Positions 44,521 through 53,438 of a stretch of 55,634 bases of DNA are shown here, piece by piece. The DNA is from Candidatus Eiseniibacteriota bacterium (GTDB lineage: Bacteria > Joyebacterota > Joyebacteria > Joyebacterales > Joyebacteraceae). The notes under the pieces are model-generated. The model was not told where the DNA came from. It worked only from the letters and a program-made list of their open reading frames with translations, and did no database searches. Made by a program: the position numbers and the translations under genes. The stretch's first letter is position 1. Each line of letters begins with the position of its first letter. Where the stretch lies: positions 1-55,634 of the forward strand of contig JAUWLR010000002.1 in the NCBI GenBank assembly GCA_030613615.1, read 5' to 3'.

Positions 44521-45102
44521 CTATCGATAGAGCGCCTTGATTGAGCCCCAGGTCGCTGCCTCTACCGGCACGACGGGGAAGCACTCCTCGTCACCCTCGA
44601 GCGCGTCCTTGCCCACTCCTCCGTGCATCCAGACGCAGTAGAAGTCGAGCTCCGGATATGGTTCGTGACAATCCACGACCCAGCGCGGGTAGTCGGGGTG
44701 GTCGAGGATCATGATATCGCCCGGGGTACCCGTGTAGATGAGATCGAGCCTGGCCACATAGAGGAACCGCTCCGTGTGGCACTCGGCCGACGCCATGGAG
44801 ATGCCCACGTCCCACGAGCCGATGCTGATACTCCCGGGGAGCAGATTCGTGAACCAGGTGTTGCTTGACATTTCTGGCGTGACGTAACCCGTGAAGGAGA
44901 TGCCCGAAAAGGCGTTGATGCCGTAGATGCAGATGTACGCGTCGAACAGTTCGTAGGGCTCGGGGTCGATGCGGCTCTGCACATTCGACCACGACGTCGC
45001 GGTACCGGAGAAGTCGATGCACACTTGACAGTCCGGGTTGTCACCGGCGAACGCTGAAATGGAGCAGGCCACCACGACGACAATCACTAGTGTTATCCTC
45101 AT
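44521..45102 (-). CDS. Small Cys-rich secreted protein ending in ...TWGSIKALYR
   Basis: ATG at 45102 with GGGAGGA 7 nt upstream. Signal MRITLVIVVVVACSISAFA. 193 aa. The 165-codon upstream extension of the tracked ORF was rejected. Confidence 0.6.
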   Translation of the reverse strand: MRITLVIVVVVACSISAFAGDNPDCQVCIDFSGTATSWSNVQSRIDPEPYELFDAYICIYGINAFSGISFTGYVTPEMSSNTWFTNLLPGSISIGSWDVGISMASAECHTERFLYVARLDLIYTGTPGDIMILDHPDYPRWVVDCHEPYPELDFYCVWMHGGVGKDALEGDEECFPVVPVEAATWGSIKALYR

Positions 45103-45159
45103 GATGCAATCCTCCCTTTTCCTTTTCCCCACCGCTGTGACAGACACACTCGATTGTGA

Positions 45160-45188
45160 ACAATACCACATACGACAAGGCTTCTCAA
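45160..45188 (-). promoter_or_regulatory. Promoter candidate for the small secreted protein gene (TTGAGA-17-TGg-TATTGT)
   Basis: On the minus strand, the -35 is at 45183-45188 and the -10 at 45160-45165, with an extended TG. The spacer is 17 nt. Confidence 0.35.
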
Positions 45189-45239
45189 GGAGAGATGTGT
45201 GGACTCCGTGCACCCCTCGCGGACTGCCGTATGGGCGTG

Positions 45240-45245
45240 TATAAT
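45240..45245 (+). promoter_or_regulatory. Perfect TATAAT -10 box upstream of the M28 peptidase gene (no convincing -35)
   Basis: TATAATCACT at 45240-45249 lies 42 nt upstream of ATG 45287. The same 10-mer, TATAATCACT, occurs at the promoter at 21284-21312. Confidence 0.3.
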
Positions 45246-45286
45246 CACTTGTACAGTCTGCGATTCTCTCAACCGGGATTCTCCCT

Positions 45287-48200
45287 ATGACACCGCTCCC
45301 TGCCCGCCGCACAAGAGCAGTCGCGTGCGCCTGTCTCGCGACCGCAATCCTCTGTGGAAGCATCGGAACCCAAGAGCCGGCGCACGCTGCCGCTGCCGGC
45401 GCGCCGGCAGCGGCATTGCCCCAACGCGCCCCCCTGGCGGTGACGCTCGGGGCAGTCGAGGCGCCCGCTTGGGAGCGCCCCAAGGGCGCGGCGCTGCTCG
45501 GCCGCGATCCGGACGAGCTCATCCTTCGCGCTCCGCCCGACTCGCTCATCGCCGCATTGATGGACTCCACGAGTCTGACGAGGATTGTGGGTACCATCCA
45601 GCGGCTTCAGGACTTCGACAGCCGTTACGTGGTCGTCGACTCCTGCTGGGCGGCCGGCTACTGGATCCGGGACAAGTTCCAGGAATACGGCTACTCCGAT
45701 GTTCGCCTTGACACCTTCCGGACGATGTCCTTTCAGGACAGCGTCGACGCCATGAATGTCATCGCCGTCAAGGAGGGGACGACGCGACCGTCTGAGTACG
45801 TTGTACTTGGAGGGCACTACGATTCCGTCAACGCGGAGAACTTCCACGACCCGTTCGCCCTTGCGCCCGGCGCCGAGGACAACGCCACCGCGGTGGCCGC
45901 GGTGCTCGAAGCAGCTCGCCTGCTTGAGGGTGTTCCCACAGACCGCAGCATCATCTTCGCCTGCTGGTCCGCAGAGGAGATGGGGCTGTGGGGCAGCCGG
46001 CACTTCGTCGCCGAGGCTGTCGAGGAGTCGCTCGACATCGTCGTCTATCTCAATATGGACTGCATCGGGTACCTCGAGCCATCCCCCGATGAGGCCCCGG
46101 TGATTGTCTTCACCGACTCCCTGTCGCTCGCCATAGCCGGATACATGCAAACGCTAGCGCACACCCACACGCCGTATGAGTTTCAGACCTGCATCCGCCC
46201 CATTGGCGCGAGCGACCACACGAGCTTCTGGGAGGCCGGGTACAACGTCGTCGACATGGGCACAACCATCGCCTCGCCCTACCGTCACACGACCGACGAC
46301 ATCATCGACAACATAGACACCGACTTCGCCCGGGCGCTCGCCGCCGTGAACGTCGCTGCGACGGCCGCCGTCGCCGGTGTGACCGGAGAAGACGCCAACC
46401 TGCCACCAGAGACCATGCGCATCGCCAACTGCGCCGCTTCCGTGTCACCCCTCACCATGCGCCCGACGTTCGAGTGGAACGGAATGGACTTCGACGGGAG
46501 CATCGCGCGCTTCGACTACGCGGTCGAGTCGGACACCGGGGACGGCGCACGCCGGGACCGACCGCCCGACTGGAAGCCGCTGCCCCCACACCAGACATCG
46601 CTGACGCTCGATGACCTGGGTGAGGGCTCGCACATCCTGTACCTCCGGGCGATCGACGACAGGGACGTCGCGGACCCATCACCCGTGGTTTATGAGTTCG
46701 TGACGGACGCGGCGCTCCGCCCGACGCTCACGGTGGACCTCAACTTCCACCCCGGCACGCGGACGTTTCATGGGGGGCGGGCGAGAGACCGCACACCGCC
46801 GGTCGTCGTTTACGAGGACGAGCGCCTGGTCTTCACGGTCACCTCCGACGCGTCCTCATACTGTGGCTCGGCCGACTCGGTCGCGGTAGCGCTCGCCGAC
46901 TCGACGGCGTGGTCGGACTGGCACCGGTCGCCGTACGAGTTCGTGCTGCGCCCGGGACCCGCGGACACGGTCGTGTTCATGAAGACCCGGGATGAGAACG
47001 GCGCGGTGACCACCGGCAGCGTTTCCTTGCGCACCGTTCCCGCACCGATGGACCGGCCCCTCCTGCGCGTGGACGACTGGTTCTTCGGTGACGTTCCGGA
47101 AACCACACACGATGCGTTCTACAGCGATGTCCTCGCGGGTGAGAGCTGCGACGTCTGGGACCCGTTCGAGCACTCCGAGAACTACGTGCCTACGCTGCCC
47201 CCCATGGAGGAACTGGGCCGCTACCGAACCGTGCTCTGGACACTCGACTGGCGGGGCGGATTCCTCCGCCCCGTGCAGGCAGAGAGCGCATACCACTTTC
47301 TTGAGGGATTCGTCCGAGCCGGCGGGAACGTCATTCTGGAGGGGCAGGCCTCGCTGTGGACGATGTGTGGCGCGGATCAGTACCTGTGGGACGTCACCTA
47401 CGAGCCCGGCGGCTTCATCTTCGACCACGTCGGGGTCGACAGCCTGAGAAACGCCAGAGCAGGCACGAACGCGTCGTACCCCAGTGGGTACGGCTACGCG
47501 TTCCTGGGCGGAATCGCCACGGGGACTGTGGGCCTTCCCGACGTTCCGGTCGACACGCTGGGAAAGTGGGCTGATGGCTACCAGGCGTACGGCGGCCTCC
47601 CGTACTGCGAGATCGTACGGCCGCTGGAGCAGACACGAAGGCTCTACCTCTTCGACTCGCACATCAACCCGGACCTGAGCGAGCGCCCCTGCGCCACGGT
47701 GCGGTACCCCGATGACGGGACCGGCACTTTTGCCTACTTCGGGTTCCCCCTCTACTATCTGCAAACCGACCCGGCCGCTGAGATGCTGGGGCTGCTTCTC
47801 GACTCAATGGAAAGTTGGCAGCAGCCGGCCGCGCTCTCCTACTTCATCTGGGAAGCGCAGCCGGATTCCGTCACGTTGTCCTGGTACCTGACTCCGGCCG
47901 GCGGTCCCCTCGGCTGCGGTCTCGAGCGCGCGGCTGGCAGCGGATCCGGCGCATACCACGCGCTGAGCGACAGCCTTGTGCGACCATGTGACAACGGACG
48001 ATACCGGTTCGTGGACGATTCGGTTGAACAGTCAACGGCGTACTCGTACCGCCTCACCGTCACGGAGCAGTGGGGCGTGACCACGACCCATGGTCCGTGG
48101 GAGATCCCGACACCCAGCTCGCGGATATCCCCGTGGCTGGAAAGTCCAAGGCCGAATCCCTTCTCGGAGACACTCAATCTCCACTACGGCGTCGCGGCGG

Positions 48201-48406
48201 ACCATCGGTGGGTGTCAGTCGGCGTGTTCGATATCTCCGGCAGACTGGTCAGAGCGCTGCGCGAGGGGGCGGCGCAGACGGGCGAGTACGACGTGACCTG
48301 GGACGGGACCAACGAACACGGCGACACCGTCGCCAGTGGTGTCTACTTCGTTCGCGTGCGCGTGGGACAGGAGACGCTCGAGCGCAAGGTCGTGCTCCTG
48401 AGGTGA
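45287..48406 (+). CDS. Secreted M28-family metallopeptidase with a large uncharacterised middle region and a FlgD-Ig/T9SS-type C-terminal domain
   Basis: Signal peptide present. M28 blocks: NVIAVKEG, VVLGGHYDS, APGAEDNATAVAAVLE, FACWSAEEMGLWGS and GASDHTSFWEAGY. The C-terminus PNPFSETLNLHY...VGVFDISGRLVRAL...YDVTWDG...GVYFVRVRVGQETLERKVVLLR is typical of FlgD-Ig-like/T9SS sorting domains. Confidence 0.75.
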   Translation: MTPLPARRTRAVACACLATAILCGSIGTQEPAHAAAAGAPAAALPQRAPLAVTLGAVEAPAWERPKGAALLGRDPDELILRAPPDSLIAALMDSTSLTRIVGTIQRLQDFDSRYVVVDSCWAAGYWIRDKFQEYGYSDVRLDTFRTMSFQDSVDAMNVIAVKEGTTRPSEYVVLGGHYDSVNAENFHDPFALAPGAEDNATAVAAVLEAARLLEGVPTDRSIIFACWSAEEMGLWGSRHFVAEAVEESLDIVVYLNMDCIGYLEPSPDEAPVIVFTDSLSLAIAGYMQTLAHTHTPYEFQTCIRPIGASDHTSFWEAGYNVVDMGTTIASPYRHTTDDIIDNIDTDFARALAAVNVAATAAVAGVTGEDANLPPETMRIANCAASVSPLTMRPTFEWNGMDFDGSIARFDYAVESDTGDGARRDRPPDWKPLPPHQTSLTLDDLGEGSHILYLRAIDDRDVADPSPVVYEFVTDAALRPTLTVDLNFHPGTRTFHGGRARDRTPPVVVYEDERLVFTVTSDASSYCGSADSVAVALADSTAWSDWHRSPYEFVLRPGPADTVVFMKTRDENGAVTTGSVSLRTVPAPMDRPLLRVDDWFFGDVPETTHDAFYSDVLAGESCDVWDPFEHSENYVPTLPPMEELGRYRTVLWTLDWRGGFLRPVQAESAYHFLEGFVRAGGNVILEGQASLWTMCGADQYLWDVTYEPGGFIFDHVGVDSLRNARAGTNASYPSGYGYAFLGGIATGTVGLPDVPVDTLGKWADGYQAYGGLPYCEIVRPLEQTRRLYLFDSHINPDLSERPCATVRYPDDGTGTFAYFGFPLYYLQTDPAAEMLGLLLDSMESWQQPAALSYFIWEAQPDSVTLSWYLTPAGGPLGCGLERAAGSGSGAYHALSDSLVRPCDNGRYRFVDDSVEQSTAYSYRLTVTEQWGVTTTHGPWEIPTPSSRISPWLESPRPNPFSETLNLHYGVAADHRWVSVGVFDISGRLVRALREGAAQTGEYDVTWDGTNEHGDTVASGVYFVRVRVGQETLERKVVLLR

Positions 48407-48435
48407 TGCGGAACCGGCGGGCGTCACCGCCCCGA

Positions 48436-48465
48436 TTGACCGCCCCCCCAACCTGCTGGTATATT
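48436..48465 (+). promoter_or_regulatory. Sigma70-type promoter candidate with extended -10 (TTGACC-18-TGg-TATATT)
   Basis: On the plus strand, the -35 is at 48436-48441, TG at 48457-48458 and the -10 at 48460-48465. It lies upstream of the DUF364-like/decarboxylase pair. Confidence 0.45.
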
Positions 48466-48572
48466 GGCAACCGGCAGGGCGAATGCGTGATCGACCCAAC
48501 AAGCGCCACCGCGACGGAGCCAGCCGCTCTACAGACGCGCTCGCCAGCGAACCCACGAGCCCAGGAGACACC

Positions 48573-49379
48573 GTGACTCTGCTCGAGCAAATAGCCGAAA
48601 TCGGACGGGCAAGGAGCAAAAACTACCCGGATGAGTCATTCCTCGTCCGCGGACTCTGGCGCACCGATCTTCTGTTCCGGCCCAACCCGGAGGAACGGAC
48701 GTTCAACTACACATTCCTCCTCATGCAGACCGTCGGTGAGGGCGCGTGCTACTGTTCGACGATACCGGCGCTCACCGAGGGATTCTCACTTCTGGGCAAG
48801 GACTGCAGAAATATCCACCCGGAGTACCGGTGCTTCGAGGTCGCCGCCACCGACGCGATGTTCTCCGCCTTCGAGAAGCGGCCGGACGAGACGAAGACCA
48901 TGACGGGCTCCTCGGCCGAGAAGGCGGTGTGGCGAAGCCGCATAGTGGTCGACGAGGTCCTGAGGCAGCTTGAGCTCGCGGGCGTAGAAGACGGTTGCGT
49001 GGTCAACGTCGGCGTCATAGGCAACATCATCAAGGCACTCACGGCGAAAGGTATCAAGGTCACCGGAACCGACGGTGACCCCACTCTCGTCGGAACGGAG
49101 ATAGGCGGCGTGCCGATCTTCGACGAGGATAAGACGCTCGAGTACGTCGAGAAGTGTGACGTCGCTGTGATGACGGGCATGGTCATCTCCACTGACTCGC
49201 TCGAGGGTATTCTCGACGCGGCGAAGAGGGGTGGCACGCGGCTCGTGCTGTTCTGTGAGACAGGAGCGAATCTTTGTGAGGAATACGTGAAGCTGGGGGT
49301 CGACAGCGCCATCGCGGAGTACTTCCCCTTCTATATTTTCGGCGGCACCACGCGAATAGACGTCTTCAGGAGGAAGTAG
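48573..49379 (+). CDS. DUF364-like Rossmann-type domain protein (putative chelation/unknown function)
   Basis: GTG at 48573 with AGGAG 5 nt upstream; the tracked ORF starts at ATG 48483. The C-terminal half, VVNVGVIGNIIKALTAKGIKVTGTD...KCDVAVMTGMVISTDSLEGIL...LVLFCETGANL...GVDSAIAEYFPF, resembles the DUF364 layout from memory. Confidence 0.5.
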   Translation: MTLLEQIAEIGRARSKNYPDESFLVRGLWRTDLLFRPNPEERTFNYTFLLMQTVGEGACYCSTIPALTEGFSLLGKDCRNIHPEYRCFEVAATDAMFSAFEKRPDETKTMTGSSAEKAVWRSRIVVDEVLRQLELAGVEDGCVVNVGVIGNIIKALTAKGIKVTGTDGDPTLVGTEIGGVPIFDEDKTLEYVEKCDVAVMTGMVISTDSLEGILDAAKRGGTRLVLFCETGANLCEEYVKLGVDSAIAEYFPFYIFGGTTRIDVFRRK

Positions 49380-49401
49380 CGGCCAGACAGGAGGCAGCAC
49401 T

Positions 49402-50700
49402 CTGTTCAGAAACTTCACTGAGACCGACGGCGTTCTCGAGGTGGGCGGCGTCCCGATCACGACCATCGTCGACCGGCACGGCACGCCGATGTACGTCTAC
49501 GACGGGGACATGGTCTGTTCACGCTACGAGGCACTCAAGAGCGCGTTCCCCTCCTTCGAGATCTTCTACTCGATGAAGGCGAACCCGTCATTCGCCCTTG
49601 TGGGGCTGCTGAGGCATCTGGGCGCGGGGTCCGAGATCGCGTCCGGTGGCGAACTCTTCCTCGCGAAGGAAGTGGGTCACGATCCGCTCGACGTCGTGTT
49701 CGCGGGTCCAGGCAAGACCGACAGGGAACTCGAGGACGCCATCATCTCGGGCGTCTTCGCGATCAACATTGAATCATTGAGAGAACTCGAGCGTGTCGCG
49801 CGCATAGCGAAGCTGATCGGCATCCCCGCGCGCGTGGCTCTCAGAATCAACACGGCCCTCGGACTGTCCAAATCCGGCGGCGGCTCGGCCGGCCCGCTTC
49901 ACGAGCGGATGGCGGGGGGGCCCAGCAAGTTCGGTATCGACGAGGAAAAACTGGACGCGCTCGCCGACCATTGGGACAAGCGCGCTGTCGAGATCGTGGG
50001 TATCCACATCTACACGGCCAGCCAGATCCTGGACGCCGCCGAGATTGTGGAGAACGCGAAACGTACGGTAGCCGCCGCGGAGCACGTGGAGAGGATCACC
50101 GGCGAGCAACTGATGACCATAGATTTCGGCGCGGGTTTCGGCGTCCCTCACTACGAGGAGGAAACGCCCCTGGACCTCCCGGCACTCGGAGCGCGCGTCG
50201 AGGATGTGTTCAGGCCCTTCTCAGACCGCGAGGACATGAGGCTCATACTGGAGCTTGGCCGATACCTCGTGTCGGAGTGCGGCGTCTTCGTCACTAGAGT
50301 GATCGAGCTCAAGGAGTCCCGGGGAGAACGGTTCGTCATCACCGATGGCGGAATCAATCAGTTCGTGCGCCCGGTACTGATGAAGGTCGAACACGAGGCG
50401 CGTGTGATAAGCAGACTGTGCTCGCCGACCACGACCGTCGCTAAGGTCTCGGGGCCCTTGTGCACGCCGATCGATATCATGAGCGAGCAGATCCAGGTTC
50501 CGGAAGACATCTCTCTTGACGATCTTATCGGCATCTTCAACGCCGGCGCCTACGGGTTCTCAATGAGCCCGCAACTCTTTCTCTCCCACCCTTCGCCGGT
50601 CGAGGTCCTGGTGCTGGACGGGGAGATTATCGAGGCGCGAAAACGTGGAACGTATGAGGACTTCCTTCTGAAACAGAACCCTCTTCCCGGCTCCGTGTAG
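49402..50700 (+). CDS. Fold-type III PLP-dependent decarboxylase (Orn/DAP/Arg decarboxylase family, BtrK-like CTP variant)
   Basis: GTPMYVYD, the PLP-lysine block FYSMKANP, ELGRYLV and GPLCTPID (where LysA has CESGD). AGGAGG at 49389-49394 lies 7 nt before an in-frame CTG at 49402. The tracked start is GTG 49441, which has no SD. Confidence 0.7.
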   Translation: MFRNFTETDGVLEVGGVPITTIVDRHGTPMYVYDGDMVCSRYEALKSAFPSFEIFYSMKANPSFALVGLLRHLGAGSEIASGGELFLAKEVGHDPLDVVFAGPGKTDRELEDAIISGVFAINIESLRELERVARIAKLIGIPARVALRINTALGLSKSGGGSAGPLHERMAGGPSKFGIDEEKLDALADHWDKRAVEIVGIHIYTASQILDAAEIVENAKRTVAAAEHVERITGEQLMTIDFGAGFGVPHYEEETPLDLPALGARVEDVFRPFSDREDMRLILELGRYLVSECGVFVTRVIELKESRGERFVITDGGINQFVRPVLMKVEHEARVISRLCSPTTTVAKVSGPLCTPIDIMSEQIQVPEDISLDDLIGIFNAGAYGFSMSPQLFLSHPSPVEVLVLDGEIIEARKRGTYEDFLLKQNPLPGSV

Positions 50701-50751
50701 CCGGGTGAAGCGTTCGGCCAGTCCGGCCGCGGCGCGATCCGGAGCAGGCAC

Positions 50752-51507
50752 ATGACGCGCAGAATCACCCCCTTGGTTGCAGTGGCCACCGCACTGGTTC
50801 TCCTCTCGGCCGGTTGCTCCGACGATATCATTTGCCCGGAGGCGGGACCGGCAGAGACAGCACCCTACATCTCAGCAGAAGTCGTGCAGAACTCGGATGG
50901 TCCAGATGAGTCGACACACGCGGAGGTCGTCTGCACGGCGGACCCGCTACCGTCGTCCCTCATCGCGTTTATCAACGGGCGCGAACTCCCCCCCGTAGTG
51001 CCTCTGGACGGCCTCGGTCTTCTCGCCGTCCTTGATGACGACGTGGTGCTGTGGCAACCCGGAACCTGGTGCCTCCTTGAGGTGACAATGGAGGACTACG
51101 GCCTCGCGACCGCCGCGGTGGTCATGCCCGCCGCGGCCGCGGTGACGGCTCCCACTGAGATCTCTCTGGGTGACACACTGAAGCTCGTTTGGAGAAGCGT
51201 GACGGACGCCGACTACTACGAGGTGTCGGCCGTTCTGGTCCCGGATGCCGGCGCGCTGACGCGTGGCGCCCCGGGCGGCCGTGACACGCTCGCCCTTTCG
51301 GCGGCCACTCGCGAGACCTTTGCGGTGTTCCTGCCGGGGAGTATCGTCTCAACGGGTGTCGTTTCCGGCTTCGTAGCGACCGTAGCCGGGCCGTTTCCCG
51401 AGGGCGGCGCTGTCGGGAACGTCTCGGGAGATGGCTGGGGGTTCTTCTCGCTTCGGTACATGGATCCCGGAAGCGCTTTTGATGTCCCCGTGTCGGCCGT
51501 GCCGTAG
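50752..51507 (+). CDS. Lipoprotein of unknown function
   Basis: Lipobox VLLSAGC. 251 aa with beta-rich composition. It lies 51 nt after the decarboxylase stop and is probably co-transcribed. Confidence 0.55.
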   Translation: MTRRITPLVAVATALVLLSAGCSDDIICPEAGPAETAPYISAEVVQNSDGPDESTHAEVVCTADPLPSSLIAFINGRELPPVVPLDGLGLLAVLDDDVVLWQPGTWCLLEVTMEDYGLATAAVVMPAAAAVTAPTEISLGDTLKLVWRSVTDADYYEVSAVLVPDAGALTRGAPGGRDTLALSAATRETFAVFLPGSIVSTGVVSGFVATVAGPFPEGGAVGNVSGDGWGFFSLRYMDPGSAFDVPVSAVP

Positions 51508-51560
51508 CGACTGCGGGACCCTTGGGGCGTTGCGTCAGCCGGCGGGTGGACCCGCAGGAC

Positions 51561-53192
51561 CTACCTCCCTGACGCCAGAATGCGCGGGCCGAAATAGACG
51601 GCCAGGAGCCGGCCCGCCTCTTTGAGAGCAAGCACCTCCGCCTCGCGCCTTCCTTCCTCGGAATCCCCAACGTCGACGGTTTCCATCGCAGTGATCCGGG
51701 TCGCACCCAGTTCGGACGCGGTACGCTGATCGAACGCTGACGCGGAGAGGACCACCTCAGCCGTCCACGAGTCTCGCGCGCCGTACGTGCTCAACGAGAA
51801 CGCTCCAGTGACGACGACGGCCACACCGGGGTCGCACGCGCCCATCCTGTATCCGTCTCTCTCCATCCTCCGTGTAAAGCCCGACATCACCTGGGCCGCG
51901 TCGGCGTCGGGCCGCTCACCGAACTGCGCGCAGACAGAGATCGCATGCGCCCCCGCAACCAGGTGGATGGTCCCGTGCGCCAGGGGTCCCGATAGATGCG
52001 CCGGAAGAGCGGCCGCCGAATCGACGGGCGCGCCGGCCGGCCCGGGTGGCCGTGACACGGCCGCTTGTGCGGCCGCGCCATCCAGCCTGACAGTGAGTTC
52101 GTACGCACCGGGAGGGCCGTAGGCCGCCACGATCCGGCACGTCGCCGTCCCGGACTCATCGGTCAGCGGGTCGACGTCCAGCACGGCCGCCGCGCCCGGC
52201 ATCTCGAAACGGACCGGCACGCCGACCGCCTGGACCGTCACTCCGTTCCACTCGTAGGTGCAGTGAAACTCCACGGTCGCATCCGCCACCGCACCGACCT
52301 CGACCACGTCGACCACGCCGCCGGCGCGCGCGGTCAGAGTCTCAGTAGCGCCGGCCGCTAGCCGCGCCCACCGAAGCAGTTCGCGCAGCCGGGCATCAAC
52401 TGAGGCCAGCTCGCGGGCCGCCGTGGACTCCGGCGCATCGTCCACGATCGCGATGGGCACACCCGTCGTGGGCACCCCCGTTGCCAGGACAACACCCGCA
52501 ATCCTCGCGGCATCCAGAAGCCCATCGTGCCAGCGGCCGGCCGACAGGTGGTCTTCTGCCGATGCCCTGAGGACCTCCGCCTCGTTGGCCGCCCTGCCTC
52601 TCTCCCAGAGAACGTTGTTCACGTCGCCCCGGAGGTACCCTATTGGGTATTCCACGAGGATCGCGGCTCGCCACATGGTGTCGGGGCCGACGGCTGTGCC
52701 CTCCGCAACCGCGACGCACTCCTCCCAACCGCGAGCAATTATGGCCATGCGCGGGAACGCAATGTCCGCGCCCCTGACCGCGGTACCGACAACGTCGTCA
52801 ACTATCCCACGCCGTCGCTCATCGTCGTACGCGACTCCACGCTGGCTCAGAAGCTCCAGCGCCGCGCCCGCAGCGCACTCGGCAGCATCCGCCATGGCGT
52901 CCCCCTGAGTCGTCCTCCCGGGAGGGCCTGGTTCCTCGTGCCTCGTCCGGTGAGTGGAGAGCATGTTACCGCCCTCTACCGTCCAGGACTCAGAGCGCCC
53001 GGCAAGCTGGTCGGCGCCGGGGCCGGCGAGCGGCAAGCAGGTCCACTGGCGCTCAAGGACGACCGGCCCGTCCGAAACGGGCTCCCCACCGACGGGCCGG
53101 CGGGGCGCGCAGCCGGTCATGGTGAGAACGAGCGCCGCGGCAACGATGGCCGCGCGCGCAACTCCTGTCCAAGCTGTTCTTCTTGCTCTCAT
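51561..53192 (-). CDS. Lipoprotein of unknown function (543 aa)
   Basis: ATG at 53192. Lipobox LVLTMTGC. Ala/Gly/Val-rich. The C-terminal ~100 aa loosely resemble LPP20/FlgT-type lipoprotein domains (weak). Confidence 0.45.
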   Translation of the reverse strand: MRARRTAWTGVARAAIVAAALVLTMTGCAPRRPVGGEPVSDGPVVLERQWTCLPLAGPGADQLAGRSESWTVEGGNMLSTHRTRHEEPGPPGRTTQGDAMADAAECAAGAALELLSQRGVAYDDERRRGIVDDVVGTAVRGADIAFPRMAIIARGWEECVAVAEGTAVGPDTMWRAAILVEYPIGYLRGDVNNVLWERGRAANEAEVLRASAEDHLSAGRWHDGLLDAARIAGVVLATGVPTTGVPIAIVDDAPESTAARELASVDARLRELLRWARLAAGATETLTARAGGVVDVVEVGAVADATVEFHCTYEWNGVTVQAVGVPVRFEMPGAAAVLDVDPLTDESGTATCRIVAAYGPPGAYELTVRLDGAAAQAAVSRPPGPAGAPVDSAAALPAHLSGPLAHGTIHLVAGAHAISVCAQFGERPDADAAQVMSGFTRRMERDGYRMGACDPGVAVVVTGAFSLSTYGARDSWTAEVVLSASAFDQRTASELGATRITAMETVDVGDSEEGRREAEVLALKEAGRLLAVYFGPRILASGR

Positions 53193-53438
53193 ACGCTCCT
53201 GCTCCTGATGACCAGGTACCCTACCATATAGAGGAGCGGCCCCACGCGCAAGGGCCGGACAACGCGGCGAACGAACAGCCCCCGGAAGCCCTGCCTGCCG
53301 AGGGACCGATTCCCGCGCACACAGCGCGTGTGTACATAGACAACGGCCGGCTTGTGCCGCGCCGGCCGCTCACCAGCTACCGCTGAGTATTGTCCCCGCG
53401 AAGGGCCCCCTATCCTCCCCCGCCTGCTTCCCGCCCGC

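Noticed and set aside
45103-45597. 165-codon N-terminal extension of the 44521-45597 ORF
   Set aside because: The extension is Ala/Arg/Gly-rich and overlaps the divergent M28 gene and its promoter region. The internal ATG at 45102 has a GGGAGGA SD and is followed immediately by a clean signal peptide.
45269-46150. 293-aa minus-strand ORF antisense to the M28 catalytic domain
   Set aside because: The opposite strand encodes unmistakable M28 motifs, and this frame is Arg/Gly/Val-rich with no features.
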